Below are positions 8,186-20,267 of a stretch of DNA of 64,000 nucleotides, piece after piece. Source of the DNA: an uncultured Acidobacteriota bacterium (GTDB lineage Bacteria; Acidobacteriota; Blastocatellia; RBC074); the NCBI GenBank assembly GCA_963796275.1, contig CAWCKY010000006.1:1280001-1344000 (forward strand). Direction: 5' to 3'. The notes under the pieces were generated by a model. It was not told the DNA's origin and ran no database searches. It saw only the letters and a list, made by a program, of their open reading frames with translations. Numbering within the stretch: the first letter of the stretch is position 1; each line of letters begins with the position of its first letter. The translations under genes and the position numbers were made by a program.

Positions 8186-9421
8186 ATGCAAACCCGAGAA
8201 ATCAACATCCCGACATCATCCGTCTCGATGCTGCGCAAGCCCGACCCGTTGGCGGATACGCTGATGACCGTTTCGCTGGGCCCACAACACCCGTCGACGC
8301 ACGGCGTGCTGCGGCTCGAGCTGGTGCTCGACGGCGAGACGGTGGTCAAGGCCACCCCCGACATCGGTTATCTCCATACGGGCATGGAGAAGACGATGGA
8401 GAAGGAGAAGTGGCAGCAGGTCGTAACGATCACCTGCCGGATGGATTATCTCAACTCGATGGGTAACGACCTCGGTTATTGCCTGGCGGTCGAGAAATTG
8501 ATGGACGTCAACCCGCCGAGGCGCGCGCGCGACCTGCGGGTGCTGCTCACCGAACTCAATCGCCTCTCATCGCATCTCGTCTGGTGGGGGACGCACGCGA
8601 TGGATATCGGAGCGATGACGGCCTTCTTCTATGCATTCACCGAGCGCGAGAGGATCCTCGATATCTTCGAATGCGCGGCCGGCGCCCGTTTGCATCAGAG
8701 CTATTTCATCATCGGTGGATGCCGCTATGACGTGCCGGCCAATTTCATTGGCCTGGTCGATGAATTCCTGAGAGGCTTTCCCAAATATCTGAGTGAAGGG
8801 AAGAAGCTCGTCACCGGCAATAAAATATTTCAAAGGCGTACGCAGGGAGTGGGCACGATCTCGAGGGATGATGCGATCAACTGGGGACTTTCCGGACCGT
8901 CGATTCGCGGAAGCGGCGTCAACTGGGATGTTCGGAAGGCGGAGCCGTATTCGGGATATGACACCTACGATTTCAGAGTCCCCGTCTATGACGGATGCGA
9001 TGTCTGGTCGCGTTATCTCGTGCGCATGGATGAAATGGAGGAGAGCTGGAGGATCTGCACGCAGGCTCTCGCTCGTCTCAAAGAACCGGGACCGGTGATC
9101 GCCGATCATCCGAAGCTGAAGCTGCCGGATCGTGAGCTGATGAAACAGCATATCGATGTCATGATTCATCATTTCCTGATCGCCTCGGAAGGATTCACCG
9201 TCCCGATCGGCGAGGTCTACCAGTCGATCGAATCGGCGCGCGGCGAGCTGGGCTATTACATTGTGAGCAACGGTGAAGAACGGCCCTATCGCGTCCGCGT
9301 CCGGGCTCCATCTTACGTCAACCTCTCGGCACTCCCCTCGATGGTCGAGGGCCAGTTGATCGCCGACGTGGTGGCAGTCATCGGCAGCATCGATATTGTT
9401 TTGGGAGATATAGATCGGTAA
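8186..9421 (+). CDS. nuoD: NADH-quinone oxidoreductase subunit D
   Basis: GPQHPSTHGVLRL, GYLHTGMEK, and C-terminal DIVLGDIDR. Confidence 0.97.
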   Translation: MQTREINIPTSSVSMLRKPDPLADTLMTVSLGPQHPSTHGVLRLELVLDGETVVKATPDIGYLHTGMEKTMEKEKWQQVVTITCRMDYLNSMGNDLGYCLAVEKLMDVNPPRRARDLRVLLTELNRLSSHLVWWGTHAMDIGAMTAFFYAFTERERILDIFECAAGARLHQSYFIIGGCRYDVPANFIGLVDEFLRGFPKYLSEGKKLVTGNKIFQRRTQGVGTISRDDAINWGLSGPSIRGSGVNWDVRKAEPYSGYDTYDFRVPVYDGCDVWSRYLVRMDEMEESWRICTQALARLKEPGPVIADHPKLKLPDRELMKQHIDVMIHHFLIASEGFTVPIGEVYQSIESARGELGYYIVSNGEERPYRVRVRAPSYVNLSALPSMVEGQLIADVVAVIGSIDIVLGDIDR

Positions 9422-9493
9422 TCGGTAGTCGGTATTCGGTTTGAAACTCGAACCAGACACCGACAACCGATTACTGGCTACCGACAACCGACA
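9414..9493. repeat. Heptamer (ATCGGTA / ACCGACA) inverted-repeat hairpin filling the nuoD-nuoE gap
   Basis: ATCGGTA ATCGGTA GTCGGTA TTCGGTT ... ACCGACA ACCGATT ACTGGCT ACCGACA ACCGACA, followed directly by ATG. Confidence 0.85.
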
Positions 9494-9958
9494 ATGTACA
9501 GCAAAACCAACGAACAGAAACTGGACGAAATTATCTCGCACTATCCGGTCAAACGCTCGGCCATACTTCCGGCCCTCTACATTGCGCAGGAAGAGCATGG
9601 GTACGTAACGGATGACGATATCAAATATCTGGCAAAGCGGCTCGATATGCGCGTCAACGAAGTGGAAGAGGTGGTGACCTTCTACACGATGTATTCGCGC
9701 AAGCCGATCGGCAGACACAAGTTACAAGTCTGCCGCACCGTCTCCTGCATGCTGCTGGGAGCGGAACAGATTACCGAGCACCTCAGCGAGCGGATCGGAT
9801 GCCAGCCGGGCGAAACGACGTCCGACGGCAAGTTCACGCTCATGGAGGTCGAATGTCTCGGTTATTGCGATCTCGCTCCGGTCATGCAGGTCAATTTCGA
9901 TTACCACGAGAAGCTGACCACTAAAGAAGTGGATAAGATCATTGATGGTCTGAAATGA
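9494..9958 (+). CDS. nuoE: NADH-quinone oxidoreductase subunit E
   Basis: N1a 2Fe-2S ligands VCRTVSCMLLG and VECLGYCDLAP. Confidence 0.96.
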   Translation: MYSKTNEQKLDEIISHYPVKRSAILPALYIAQEEHGYVTDDDIKYLAKRLDMRVNEVEEVVTFYTMYSRKPIGRHKLQVCRTVSCMLLGAEQITEHLSERIGCQPGETTSDGKFTLMEVECLGYCDLAPVMQVNFDYHEKLTTKEVDKIIDGLK

Positions 9959-9984
9959 ATGGACAGAGAAGGGAAGGAATTTAT

Positions 9985-10067
9985 CATTTGTCATTTTAGA
10001 TTTGTAATTTGTCATTGAAGATATGCAGCTTCTTCAATGGCAAATTACAAATCTAAAATGACAAATG
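9985..10067. repeat. Heptamer (ATTTGTC / ATTTTAG) inverted-repeat hairpin in the nuoE-nuoF gap
   Basis: 37-bp stem (9985-10021 with 10031-10067) with a single U-G wobble and a 9-nt loop. Confidence 0.9.
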
Positions 10068-10076
10068 TAAAATGAT

Positions 10077-11357
<1,281 letters not shown>

Positions 11358-11412
11358 TCCCCGGATTCTGCCAGGTTTTTGAGGAAACAATGTCATCGGA
11401 GAATACGACACG

Positions 11413-11491
11413 ATCAGCGCCGCGAGCGGCAGCGGGCGAACGACTAGCGAAGTCCGATTGATTGATGTTCGCCATTGCTCGCGCTACTGAT
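11413..11491. repeat. Degenerate REP-like palindrome in the nuoF-nuoG gap
   Basis: ATCAGCGCCGCGAGCGGCAGCGGGCG ... TGTTCGCCATTGCTCGCGCTACTGAT, homologous to the 21892-21976 element. Confidence 0.7.
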
Positions 11492-11516
11492 GGTTCGCTT
11501 TTCTATTCGCTTCTTT

Positions 11517-13967
11517 ATGCAAACAGTCAAGATCACGATCAACGGGCAGGAGGTCAGCGCGCCGCAAGGCGAGCTGCTGATCGAGGCGTGCGAGATGAAC
11601 GGCATTTATCTACCGCGCTTCTGCCATTTCAGAGGATTAACGCCGCAGGCTTCGTGCCGGTTGTGCGTCGTTCGCTTGGATAAGCCGAAGAGCCCCAAGC
11701 TGCAGACCGCCTGCACGACGCCGGTCAGTGAAGGGATGATCGTCACGACCAATTCGGAAGAGATCGAGGAGGTCCGGACGGCGATGATCGAATTCCTGCT
11801 CTCGAATCACCCGGTCGATTGTCCGGTCTGTGATCGGGCGGGCGAATGCGAGCTGCAGGATCAGACCTATGGTTTTGGCGAGGATCGGACGCGCTTTCCA
11901 TTCGAGGATAAAGAGAACTATCTCGAGCGGCAGATCTCGCCTTTCATCTATAACGATCCGCAGCGATGCGTCGTTTGCAAGCGCTGCACGCGGGTCTGCG
12001 AAGAGTGGATGGACGAGTTTGCGATCACGACGATCAATCGCGGCTCGCATACGCTCATCAGCTCGTTCAACGGTTGGGTCGAATGCTCGGACTGCGGCAA
12101 CTGCGTCGATGTTTGTCCCACCGGGACGCTGCTGCACGTCCCTTATAAATACATCGCCCGGCCGTGGGATTTGAAGCAGACGCCGACCGTCTGTAATTTC
12201 TGTTCGGACGGCTGTTCGATGCTCGCCGGTACGCGCAGCGAGAAGCTCATCCGCACGGTTGCGCGCGACGGCCGCGGCCGCTCCGCCGGCGGTATCAATC
12301 ACGATTTTCTATGCTCGCTCGGCCGATACACCATCGACTTCGTTCATAGCCGCGCGCGCCTCGAACGACCGATGATCCGGCGCGGCGAGCACCTCGTGCC
12401 GGCGACCTGGGATGAAGCCCTGGGTTACGCCGCGCGCCGGCTCAATGAGATCAAAGAGCAGCACGGGAGCAATTCGATAGGCGTGATCAGCGCCGCGCGG
12501 CTGTTGAATGAGGATCAGTACGCGCTCAGGAAATTCGCCGCCGAAGCGCTCGAAACCGTGCACGCCGACTTCTATCACGACGATGACGAGGTCGACCTGG
12601 AATCCTTCTTTAAATACGGGACGCCTGCAATCGCCACGCAGGAGCACATCCGGAATGCGGATACGATACTGCTCATCGGCTCGGACCCGAACGAAGAGAA
12701 CCCATTGACGGCGTTTTCGATACGCTGGGCGGTCAGGCAGAAGGCGGCGCAACTTTATCTCGTCAATTCGGTGCCATCGCGGTTGGAGCGGCAGGCTCAG
12801 ATTTCCATCGCTGCGCGTGAGGGGAGCGAGAGCGCAATCGTTTATGCGCTTTTGGATGAATCGAAGATCGGCGAGGCGGCCGATGCGATGGGCGCATCCG
12901 CCGATGACATTCGCGCCATCCGCCGCGCCGTCAGCGAGAGCGGTAAAGTCGTGGTGATCTTCGGAGACGAGTTGAGAGGCGCAGCGCTCGAAGCGCTCTC
13001 TCTCTTCGAAGGAGCGCTCGCCACTCCCGGTGCGGGCGTCGCGGAGTCGGCCAGGAAGGCGCACATCGACGCGCTCGAGCGTCAAGTGCGCTCATCGAAC
13101 TCGACGCAGAAGCCCGCGATCAATGAGAACCCGTATACATACATAGTAGAGCATCCGACGCTAGAGGTCGGAGCGGACCCGGTCCGTTCGGATACGAAGT
13201 TCTCGTTCGTGCCTCTGGTGCGATACGCGAACACGATGGGCGCCTGGCAGATGGGAATGGATAGCGCGCTTGCCGGCGGAATGGGTGCGCTGGCGATGCT
13301 CAATTCCGCGGGCGGCGGCATCAAGGCGCTCTATGTCGCGGGAGAAGACGTGGTGGCGAAGGCTAACGGCGATGCCAGGCTGATCAGGTCGCAGCTTGAA
13401 AAACTCGAGTTTCTGGTGGTTCAGGATATGTTCCTGACAGACGCGGCCCTTTATGCCGATGTGGTCTTCCCGGTGACGAGTTTCGCTGAATCTCAGGGCA
13501 CGCAGGTCAACAACGGTTCGCAGATTCAATTCGTTCGCCGTTCGATACCGCCGGTGGGCCAGTCGCGCCCCGACTGGATGGTCTTGAACTCGATGGCCAA
13601 GTTGATGGGCAGCGACTTCGGATACCAGGGCCAGCTCAAGCATATCTTCAAAGAGATCTCGGAGAAGGTCGATGGTTACGCGGGTTTGTCGCATAACCTG
13701 CTGGCCAATGAAGGGGCGGTGGTGATCAAGCGCGCCCGACCCGATGTCCTCCAGATCGACGCGGCCGAACTGATGGGACGGCTGGCGACCCAGGTGGAGC
13801 GCATCAATAGAAGTATCCCCGTTGGCAGCTTCGAGGTAACCCAGAAAGCCGGAGCGCGATTACAAAAGCGCTATCCTATGATCACTCGTTTCTCGGAGAT
13901 GATCACACCGAATCTGCCCCAGGAGGCTCAGGCGGAGACGCCAGCGCCTGTGATCTTTCCGGCATAA
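11517..13967 (+). CDS. nuoG: NADH-quinone oxidoreductase subunit G
   Basis: FeS motifs RFCH...ASCRLC...TAC, HPVDCPVCDRAGECELQ, CVVCKRC, CSDCGNCVDVCPTG, and N7-type CNFCSDGC; probable start ATG 11517 (MQTVKITING). Confidence 0.93.
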   Translation: MQTVKITINGQEVSAPQGELLIEACEMNGIYLPRFCHFRGLTPQASCRLCVVRLDKPKSPKLQTACTTPVSEGMIVTTNSEEIEEVRTAMIEFLLSNHPVDCPVCDRAGECELQDQTYGFGEDRTRFPFEDKENYLERQISPFIYNDPQRCVVCKRCTRVCEEWMDEFAITTINRGSHTLISSFNGWVECSDCGNCVDVCPTGTLLHVPYKYIARPWDLKQTPTVCNFCSDGCSMLAGTRSEKLIRTVARDGRGRSAGGINHDFLCSLGRYTIDFVHSRARLERPMIRRGEHLVPATWDEALGYAARRLNEIKEQHGSNSIGVISAARLLNEDQYALRKFAAEALETVHADFYHDDDEVDLESFFKYGTPAIATQEHIRNADTILLIGSDPNEENPLTAFSIRWAVRQKAAQLYLVNSVPSRLERQAQISIAAREGSESAIVYALLDESKIGEAADAMGASADDIRAIRRAVSESGKVVVIFGDELRGAALEALSLFEGALATPGAGVAESARKAHIDALERQVRSSNSTQKPAINENPYTYIVEHPTLEVGADPVRSDTKFSFVPLVRYANTMGAWQMGMDSALAGGMGALAMLNSAGGGIKALYVAGEDVVAKANGDARLIRSQLEKLEFLVVQDMFLTDAALYADVVFPVTSFAESQGTQVNNGSQIQFVRRSIPPVGQSRPDWMVLNSMAKLMGSDFGYQGQLKHIFKEISEKVDGYAGLSHNLLANEGAVVIKRARPDVLQIDAAELMGRLATQVERINRSIPVGSFEVTQKAGARLQKRYPMITRFSEMITPNLPQEAQAETPAPVIFPA

Positions 13968-13999
13968 GCCGTGTATTGGAGAGATGAAGAGAGAATACC

Positions 14000-14082
14000 T
14001 ATTACATTTGATATTTTAGATTCGATATTTGTCATTGGAAGAATCAAGGACAAATGTCAAATCTAAAATGTCAAATGTAATA
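14000..14082. repeat. Heptamer (ATTTGTC family) inverted-repeat hairpin in the nuoG-nuoH gap
   Basis: 34-bp stem (14000-14033 with 14049-14082) with two U-G wobbles and one mismatch. Confidence 0.9.
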
Positions 14083-14094
14083 TGATCTGCTTCT

Positions 14095-15180
14095 GTGGCT
14101 ACTCATATATTCTCTCCACCTAAATTTATGTCATCATTATTACAATCGATCGATTTAAAATTCATCATTGAAGCGCTGATCAAGATTGCGATTGTTTTCG
14201 TCATCGGATTGCTCTCGCCTGTCTCGATGAACTGGGTTGAACGAAGAGCGCTGGCCCTCATGCAGAACCGCCTGGGTCCGAATCGCGTCGGGCCATATGG
14301 ATTGCTACAGTCGGTTGCAGACGGTATCAAGTTTCTCTTCAAGGAAGACATCATCCCGCTGGCCGTCAACAAATGGCTCTATATCCTGGCGCCCGTTGTT
14401 GCGGTGATCCCGGCTTTTATGGTGGGAATCGTCTATCCATTCGGCCCGGAGGTCAATCTCCCGTTCATCGGTCCGACGAAACTCTACGTCACCAGTTTCA
14501 ATATCGGCCTGCTCTATGTTCTGGCGATGACGAGCCTGGGAATCTACGGAATAGTGCTGGGCGGCTGGGCATCCAATTCGAAATACAGTCTGCTCGGAGG
14601 ACTCCGCTCATCGGCGCAGATGATCAGTTATGAGCTCTCACTCTCGCTTTCGCTTATCGCAATAGTGCTCCAGGCCGGAACGTTGGACTTGGTCAAAATC
14701 GTCGAAGGGCAGTCGGGATGGGGCGGTTTTAAATGGAACGTCATCGCACTCTTTCCCGCGGGACTTTTCGCTTTCATCATCTATTTGATTAGCGCGATAG
14801 CCGAAACCAACCGCATACCTTTCGACCTGCCGGAAGCGGAGACGGAGCTTGTGGCCGGCTTCCATACCGAGTACAGCAGTTCATTGAAGTTCGCCATGTT
14901 CTTCATGGCCGAGTACGTGAATATGCTCACCGTCTCGATTTTGGCGACGGTCCTCTTTCTCGGCGGGTGGAACGGGCCGTTCGTGCGCGACTATCCGCTG
15001 CTCGGTCCGCTCTATCTGTTCATCAAAGTCTTCTTCTTCATGTTCCTCTATATCTGGTTGCGCGGCACGTTACCGCGCTTCCGCTATGATCAGTTGATGA
15101 ATTTCGGCTGGAAATTTCTGCTTCCGGCTGCGCTCTTCAATATAGTGCTCGCGGCAGTGATAGGCATTTTGGTCTATTGA
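14095..15180 (+). CDS. nuoH: NADH-quinone oxidoreductase subunit H
   Basis: ERR...[47 protein letters not shown] and [10 protein letters not shown]; start GTG 14095 or ATG 14128. Confidence 0.96.
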   Translation: MATHIFSPPKFMSSLLQSIDLKFIIEALIKIAIVFVIGLLSPVSMNWVERRALALMQNRLGPNRVGPYGLLQSVADGIKFLFKEDIIPLAVNKWLYILAPVVAVIPAFMVGIVYPFGPEVNLPFIGPTKLYVTSFNIGLLYVLAMTSLGIYGIVLGGWASNSKYSLLGGLRSSAQMISYELSLSLSLIAIVLQAGTLDLVKIVEGQSGWGGFKWNVIALFPAGLFAFIIYLISAIAETNRIPFDLPEAETELVAGFHTEYSSSLKFAMFFMAEYVNMLTVSILATVLFLGGWNGPFVRDYPLLGPLYLFIKVFFFMFLYIWLRGTLPRFRYDQLMNFGWKFLLPAALFNIVLAAVIGILVY

Positions 15181-15191
15181 TCGGAGCTTTT

Positions 15192-15806
15192 ATGGATTTT
15201 GTGCAAATCATATTTCTGGGTCTGGCGGCATTGGCCGTGGTTGCGGCTTTCAACGTCATCCTGCAGCGCAACCCGATCTACAGCGCCATCGGCCTGATAG
15301 TCGTCCTCTGCACATTGGCTGCGCTCTTTCTCCTGCTTTACGCGCAATTCATCGCGGCGATCCAGATCATCGTCTATGCGGGGGCGATTATGGTGCTCTT
15401 CGTTTTCGTAATCATGCTGCTCAATGTGCGCGAAGAGGAGTCGAAGACCGACCGGCAGAAGTACCTGAAATGGCTGGCTCCGCCTCTCTTTCTGGCGCTG
15501 CTCGCCGAGGTCTTCGCCGCCATTCGGATCGTCGATAGCGCTCCGGCTACGGCTAACCTGGCTCCAGCTCCCACCTCGCTCGGCACCGTCGAATCGATAG
15601 CCGGCCAGATGTTCACCAGGTATGTCCTGCCGTTCGAAGCCGTCTCCGTGCTCATCTTGATGGCGATCGTCGGCTCGGTGCTGTTGGCGAAGCGCGAGAG
15701 AAAAGAAGACATCGAGCGAATCGAGCAGGCCCTGGCCGCTGAGCAGGCTGACATGCTGGCGACTCGCCAGAGTGCCGAAAAATCGAAGGAGGAGGTGGCT
15801 GCATAG
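15192..15806 (+). CDS. nuoJ: NADH-quinone oxidoreductase subunit J
   Basis: NPIYSA, QIIVYAGAIMVLFVFVIMLL and YVLPFE; charged C-terminal tail; ATG 15192 follows GGAG. Confidence 0.94.
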   Translation: MDFVQIIFLGLAALAVVAAFNVILQRNPIYSAIGLIVVLCTLAALFLLLYAQFIAAIQIIVYAGAIMVLFVFVIMLLNVREEESKTDRQKYLKWLAPPLFLALLAEVFAAIRIVDSAPATANLAPAPTSLGTVESIAGQMFTRYVLPFEAVSVLILMAIVGSVLLAKRERKEDIERIEQALAAEQADMLATRQSAEKSKEEVAA

Positions 15807-15863
15807 GGAGAGCTGTGCGCAGTTCGTTTGAGGGAATGAGGTTCGCTTGAGCCGAGGCAAAGA

Positions 15864-15978
15864 GGAGATTTAAATTTATCATTTTAGATTTTACATTTTA
15901 AATTTGTCATTGAGGATGCACGCTTCGCTGAGTCGATGACAAATTACAAGTTTAAAATGGCAAATTTAAAATTTCTCC
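15864..15978. repeat. Heptamer (ATTTGTC family) inverted-repeat hairpin in the nuoJ-nuoK gap
   Basis: GGAGATTTAAATTTATCATTTTAGATTTTACATTTTAAATTTGTCATTGA ... TCGATGACAAATTACAAGTTTAAAATGGCAAATTTAAAATTTCTCC. Confidence 0.85.
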
Positions 15979-16034
15979 CCTTTCGCTCAAGCCAATTCCG
16001 ATGCAAACAGCTTACCGCCGGCGGCTGATAAATT

Positions 16035-16337
<303 letters not shown>

Positions 16338-16339
16338 AT

Positions 16340-18436
16340 ATGCTCAAATGGATCACCCTGGCGCCGTTGATCGGCGCTTTCATCAATGGATTTTTCGGTA
16401 AGCGGATAATGATAGCGCTCGGCCGGGAGGCGTCAGAGAAGATCATCGGCTTGATCGCTTGCGTTTCCGTGGCGGTCTCCGCCTCGCTCGCTTTCCTGGT
16501 CTTCTTCGGCAGGGATTGGCCGGTAGTCAGTGGCAAACCGCAGATCACAGAACATTTCTTCACTTGGCTCGAGGTTGGAGGTTTCCGCGCAGATTTCGCC
16601 TACCTGTTGGATCCGCTTTCCGGACTCTACATTCTGTTCATAACGGGCGTCGGATTGCTGATTCACATATACGCGGTCGGCTACATGCACGGTGATCCGG
16701 GTTTCTACAGGTTCTTCGCCTACCTCAATCTGTTCATGTTTATGATGCTGACGCTGGTGCTGGCCGATAACCTGTTGCTTCTGTTCGTCGGCTGGGAGGG
16801 CGTCGGTCTCTGCTCCTATCTGTTGATCGGTTATTACATCCGGCGCGAAAACGCGGGCGATGCCGCCAAGAAGGCATTCATTATGAACCGCGTCGGCGAT
16901 TTCGGTTATATGATCGGGATGTTCCTGGTCTTCGTGACCTTCGGCTCCATCAGTTTCGTTGAGAAGAACGGCGTGCCTGGGTTCCTCGAACAGGTAGCGA
17001 GCCGGCCGGTCGAGGCATTTGGCGCTCTCGGAGTCATGACCGGAATAACGTTGCTGCTCTTCGTCGGTGCGACGGGGAAATCGGCTCAAATACCGCTTTA
17101 CACCTGGTTGCCCGACGCAATGGCGGGGCCGACGCCGGTCTCCGCATTGATCCACGCGGCCACGATGGTCACCGCGGGCGTATATCTGATCGCTCGTTGC
17201 AGCGCGGTTGTGGTGAAATCGCCCACCGCCATGCTTGTGATTGCTCTGGTGGGCGGGGCGACGGCGCTCATCGCCGCGACGATTGGCCTGGCGCAAAGCG
17301 ATATCAAGAAGGTCCTCGCCTATTCGACCATCTCGCAGCTCGGCTTTATGTTTCTCGCTTGCGGGGCCGGCGCCTTCATCGCCGGAATATTCCACGTCAT
17401 GACGCACGCTTTCTTCAAGGCGCTCCTCTTTCTCGGGTCCGGCTCGGTCATCCACGGGATGGGAGAGGAGCAGGACATCCGCAAGATGGGCGGGTTGAGG
17501 AAATATATGCCGATCACATTTGTCACGATGTTCATCGGCTGGTTGGCGATCAGCGGCGTTCCCCTGTTTTCAGGCTTCTTCAGCAAAGACGAGATACTAT
17601 GGCGCACCTGGTCGTCAGAGGCTTTGCCGCACGGATGGGGCAAGTGGTTATGGGGCGTAGCCTGGATCACTGCCGGGCTGACGGCGGTTTACATGACCAG
17701 AATGATGGTATTGACTTTCTGGGGCAGAGAGCGATTCAACAACGATCAGAAGCACGAACATGAGTCCGCCGCCCACGGGCATCACGGGAAGCCGCACGAA
17801 TCTCCCGCGCTGATGTGGGTCCCGCTGGTCATCCTGGCGATCTTATCGATCTTCGGCGGTTATGTCGGAGTATCTCCTGCGCTCAGCGGTTTCGTCGGCA
17901 TTCACGTAGAGAACAAAATAGAGCACTTCCTGGAACCGGCGATTTCACAATTCAAAGGGGAAAGCTCGGGCACCGAAACGGGCGGCGGGGCGCGGAATTC
18001 AGAATTGCAGGCCGCTGCGCCGGCGGCCGTGGCACAGGAAGCGACGCACGAGGGCGGGCATAATACCCATCTGGAACTTACCTTCACCTTGCTTTCAATC
18101 ACCATCGCGATCATCGGCATCCTCTACAGCTTCCGGTACTTCGATCGGAATCCGCTCTGGAAGCCTCCGCGCATTCTGGAGGAGAAATACAATGTCGATG
18201 AATTCTACGATGCAACCGTCGTCAACCCGATCGAACAGACATCGCGCCATGTCCTCTGGAAATTTATTGACGTCAAGGTCATCGATGGATTCGTGAATTT
18301 GATCCCGCGCGCCTTTGCCGGATTGGCCGACGCGATGCGCTATATGCAGACGGGCTACGCGCGCAATTACGCGGCTGTGATCTTGATCGGTGCGATCCTG
18401 GTCATCGCTTACTTCGGATATATCGCGATGCGTTAG
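16340..18436 (+). CDS. nuoL: NADH-quinone oxidoreductase subunit L
   Basis: FVGWEGVGLCSYLLIG, GKSAQIPLYTWLPDAMAGPTPVSALIHAATMV and THAFFKALLF. Confidence 0.97.
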   Translation: MLKWITLAPLIGAFINGFFGKRIMIALGREASEKIIGLIACVSVAVSASLAFLVFFGRDWPVVSGKPQITEHFFTWLEVGGFRADFAYLLDPLSGLYILFITGVGLLIHIYAVGYMHGDPGFYRFFAYLNLFMFMMLTLVLADNLLLLFVGWEGVGLCSYLLIGYYIRRENAGDAAKKAFIMNRVGDFGYMIGMFLVFVTFGSISFVEKNGVPGFLEQVASRPVEAFGALGVMTGITLLLFVGATGKSAQIPLYTWLPDAMAGPTPVSALIHAATMVTAGVYLIARCSAVVVKSPTAMLVIALVGGATALIAATIGLAQSDIKKVLAYSTISQLGFMFLACGAGAFIAGIFHVMTHAFFKALLFLGSGSVIHGMGEEQDIRKMGGLRKYMPITFVTMFIGWLAISGVPLFSGFFSKDEILWRTWSSEALPHGWGKWLWGVAWITAGLTAVYMTRMMVLTFWGRERFNNDQKHEHESAAHGHHGKPHESPALMWVPLVILAILSIFGGYVGVSPALSGFVGIHVENKIEHFLEPAISQFKGESSGTETGGGARNSELQAAAPAAVAQEATHEGGHNTHLELTFTLLSITIAIIGILYSFRYFDRNPLWKPPRILEEKYNVDEFYDATVVNPIEQTSRHVLWKFIDVKVIDGFVNLIPRAFAGLADAMRYMQTGYARNYAAVILIGAILVIAYFGYIAMR

Positions 18437-18461
18437 GTCGGTGCATCAATCGTTAACAGAT

Positions 18462-20003
18462 ATGAATATCGTCACAATTACAACTTTTCTGCCGCTGGCC
18501 GGCGCCGTCATATTGTTGCTGCACAGTTTTTTCTGGCCAGCGCAGGGGACACCGAAAGAAAGTTTCGATAAACATTATCGGTGGATAACCCTCTTCTTCA
18601 CGGTGTTGACCTTCATCGTCTCGCTCTCGCTCGTGGCCGGTTTCGACAGAGCTGAGTCCGCGCCGCAGCTGACACAAAAGACCGCGTGGATCACGGCTCT
18701 CGGCGTCAGCTATTTTGTCGGAGTCGACGGGATCAGCATCTGGCTGGTGCTGCTTACTACGTTTCTCATGCCGATATCGATCCTCGCGAGTTGGCATATA
18801 AAGAAGCGCGTACGCGAATACATGCTCTTCATGCTTATCCTCGAGACGGGGATGATCGGGGTCTTCGTATCCTTCGATATGTTCCTGTTCTATCTCTTCT
18901 TCGAGATAACGCTGATCCCGATGTATTTTCTGATCGGGGTCTGGGGATACGACCGGAGAATATACGCGGCGATCAAGTTCTTTCTCTACACGGTTGTCGG
19001 CAGTCTGTTGATGTTGATCGGGATTATCGCGGTTTATATCTACGCCGGCGGCGATACGTTCGACATTACCGAAATCACGAGGCGACTGGCGGCGGACCCG
19101 GCCCTGATACCGGCCAACATGAAGTTCTGGCTGTGGCTGGCGTTCGCTTTCGCATTCTTCATCAAAGTCCCGCTCTTTCCCTTGCACACGTGGCTGCCTG
19201 ATGCGCACGTCGAAGCGCCCACCGCCGGTTCGATCATCCTGGCCGGCATACTGCTCAAGCTGGGCACTTATGGACTGATGCGGTTCAACCTGCAGTTCTT
19301 TCCCGATGTCTCGTACCAGGTTGCGCCCTATGTAATGATCTTCGCCGTGGTGGGAATCATATATGGCGCCCTGGTGGCGATGGTGCAGCCTGATATGAAG
19401 AAGCTGGTGGCATATTCGTCAGTCAGCCACCTCGGCTTCGTCGTCATGGGCATCTTCGCTTTTACAGAAATGTCGATGCAGGGTGCGCTCTATCAGATGA
19501 TCAATCACGGCATCTCGTCAGGCGCGCTCTTTTTGTGCGTCGGGTTGCTTTCCGACCGGCGTCATACGCGCGAGATCGCGGAGTATGGGGGGATCGCAAT
19601 GCCGATGCCGCAGTATTCGACGATGTTCACGATCATCACGCTCTCGAGCCTCGGCTTGCCGCTGCTCAATGGATTCATAGGCGAGTTTTTGATTCTCCTC
19701 GGCACATTCTCTTCTACGGTCCCGCACGCGCGAATCTTCGCCATAATCGGCGCGAGCGGCGTAATTTTATCCGCTGTATATTTGTTGTGGATGTTACAGC
19801 GCGTGATCTTCGGCGAGATATCGAAGAGAGAGAATGTTGGGCTGACCGATATGGATTTGCGTGAGAAGTTCGCGCTCGTGCCGTTGGTCGCGATTGCGAT
19901 CTTTATGGGCATCGCCCCGATGCTCTTCCTGCGCACGTCCGAGAAATCCATCAATAGCGTAAGGCAGGGGATTGAAGCCAAGATTCTCAAGGCGGCGAAA
20001 TAG
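18462..20003 (+). CDS. nuoM: NADH-quinone oxidoreductase subunit M
   Basis: GVDGIS, KVPLFPLHTWLPDAHVEAPT and AYSSVSHLG; probable start ATG 18462. Confidence 0.96.
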   Translation: MNIVTITTFLPLAGAVILLLHSFFWPAQGTPKESFDKHYRWITLFFTVLTFIVSLSLVAGFDRAESAPQLTQKTAWITALGVSYFVGVDGISIWLVLLTTFLMPISILASWHIKKRVREYMLFMLILETGMIGVFVSFDMFLFYLFFEITLIPMYFLIGVWGYDRRIYAAIKFFLYTVVGSLLMLIGIIAVYIYAGGDTFDITEITRRLAADPALIPANMKFWLWLAFAFAFFIKVPLFPLHTWLPDAHVEAPTAGSIILAGILLKLGTYGLMRFNLQFFPDVSYQVAPYVMIFAVVGIIYGALVAMVQPDMKKLVAYSSVSHLGFVVMGIFAFTEMSMQGALYQMINHGISSGALFLCVGLLSDRRHTREIAEYGGIAMPMPQYSTMFTIITLSSLGLPLLNGFIGEFLILLGTFSSTVPHARIFAIIGASGVILSAVYLLWMLQRVIFGEISKRENVGLTDMDLREKFALVPLVAIAIFMGIAPMLFLRTSEKSINSVRQGIEAKILKAAK

Positions 20004-20267
20004 ATCTCACGTCGCAGCGTTGGCAGCGATTTCCGCCGAAGATGCGAAGACACGAAATACATCGAAAGATTGCTGGGCGTGTTTTAAAGTTCCTTGAAGC
20101 CCTGAGATGGCACGAGATAATAGCCGAGGAGTGGAATTCATCATGCGGGTCGAGGGTCTCGCTCCACTCCACACAGGCTTCTATCGGGCGTCCCGTCGCG
20201 GCTTCGAGTCAGTCAATCATTTCGGCTTTAGAGATGAACACGCTCTGACAGGCATGCTAGAGAAACA

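Noticed and set aside
20005-20260. Small ORF or hidden extra subunit between nuoM and nuoN
   Set aside because: The 68-aa ORF has no FeS or TM motif. The gap looks like a decayed palindromic element (about 20097-20203), too degenerate to call.
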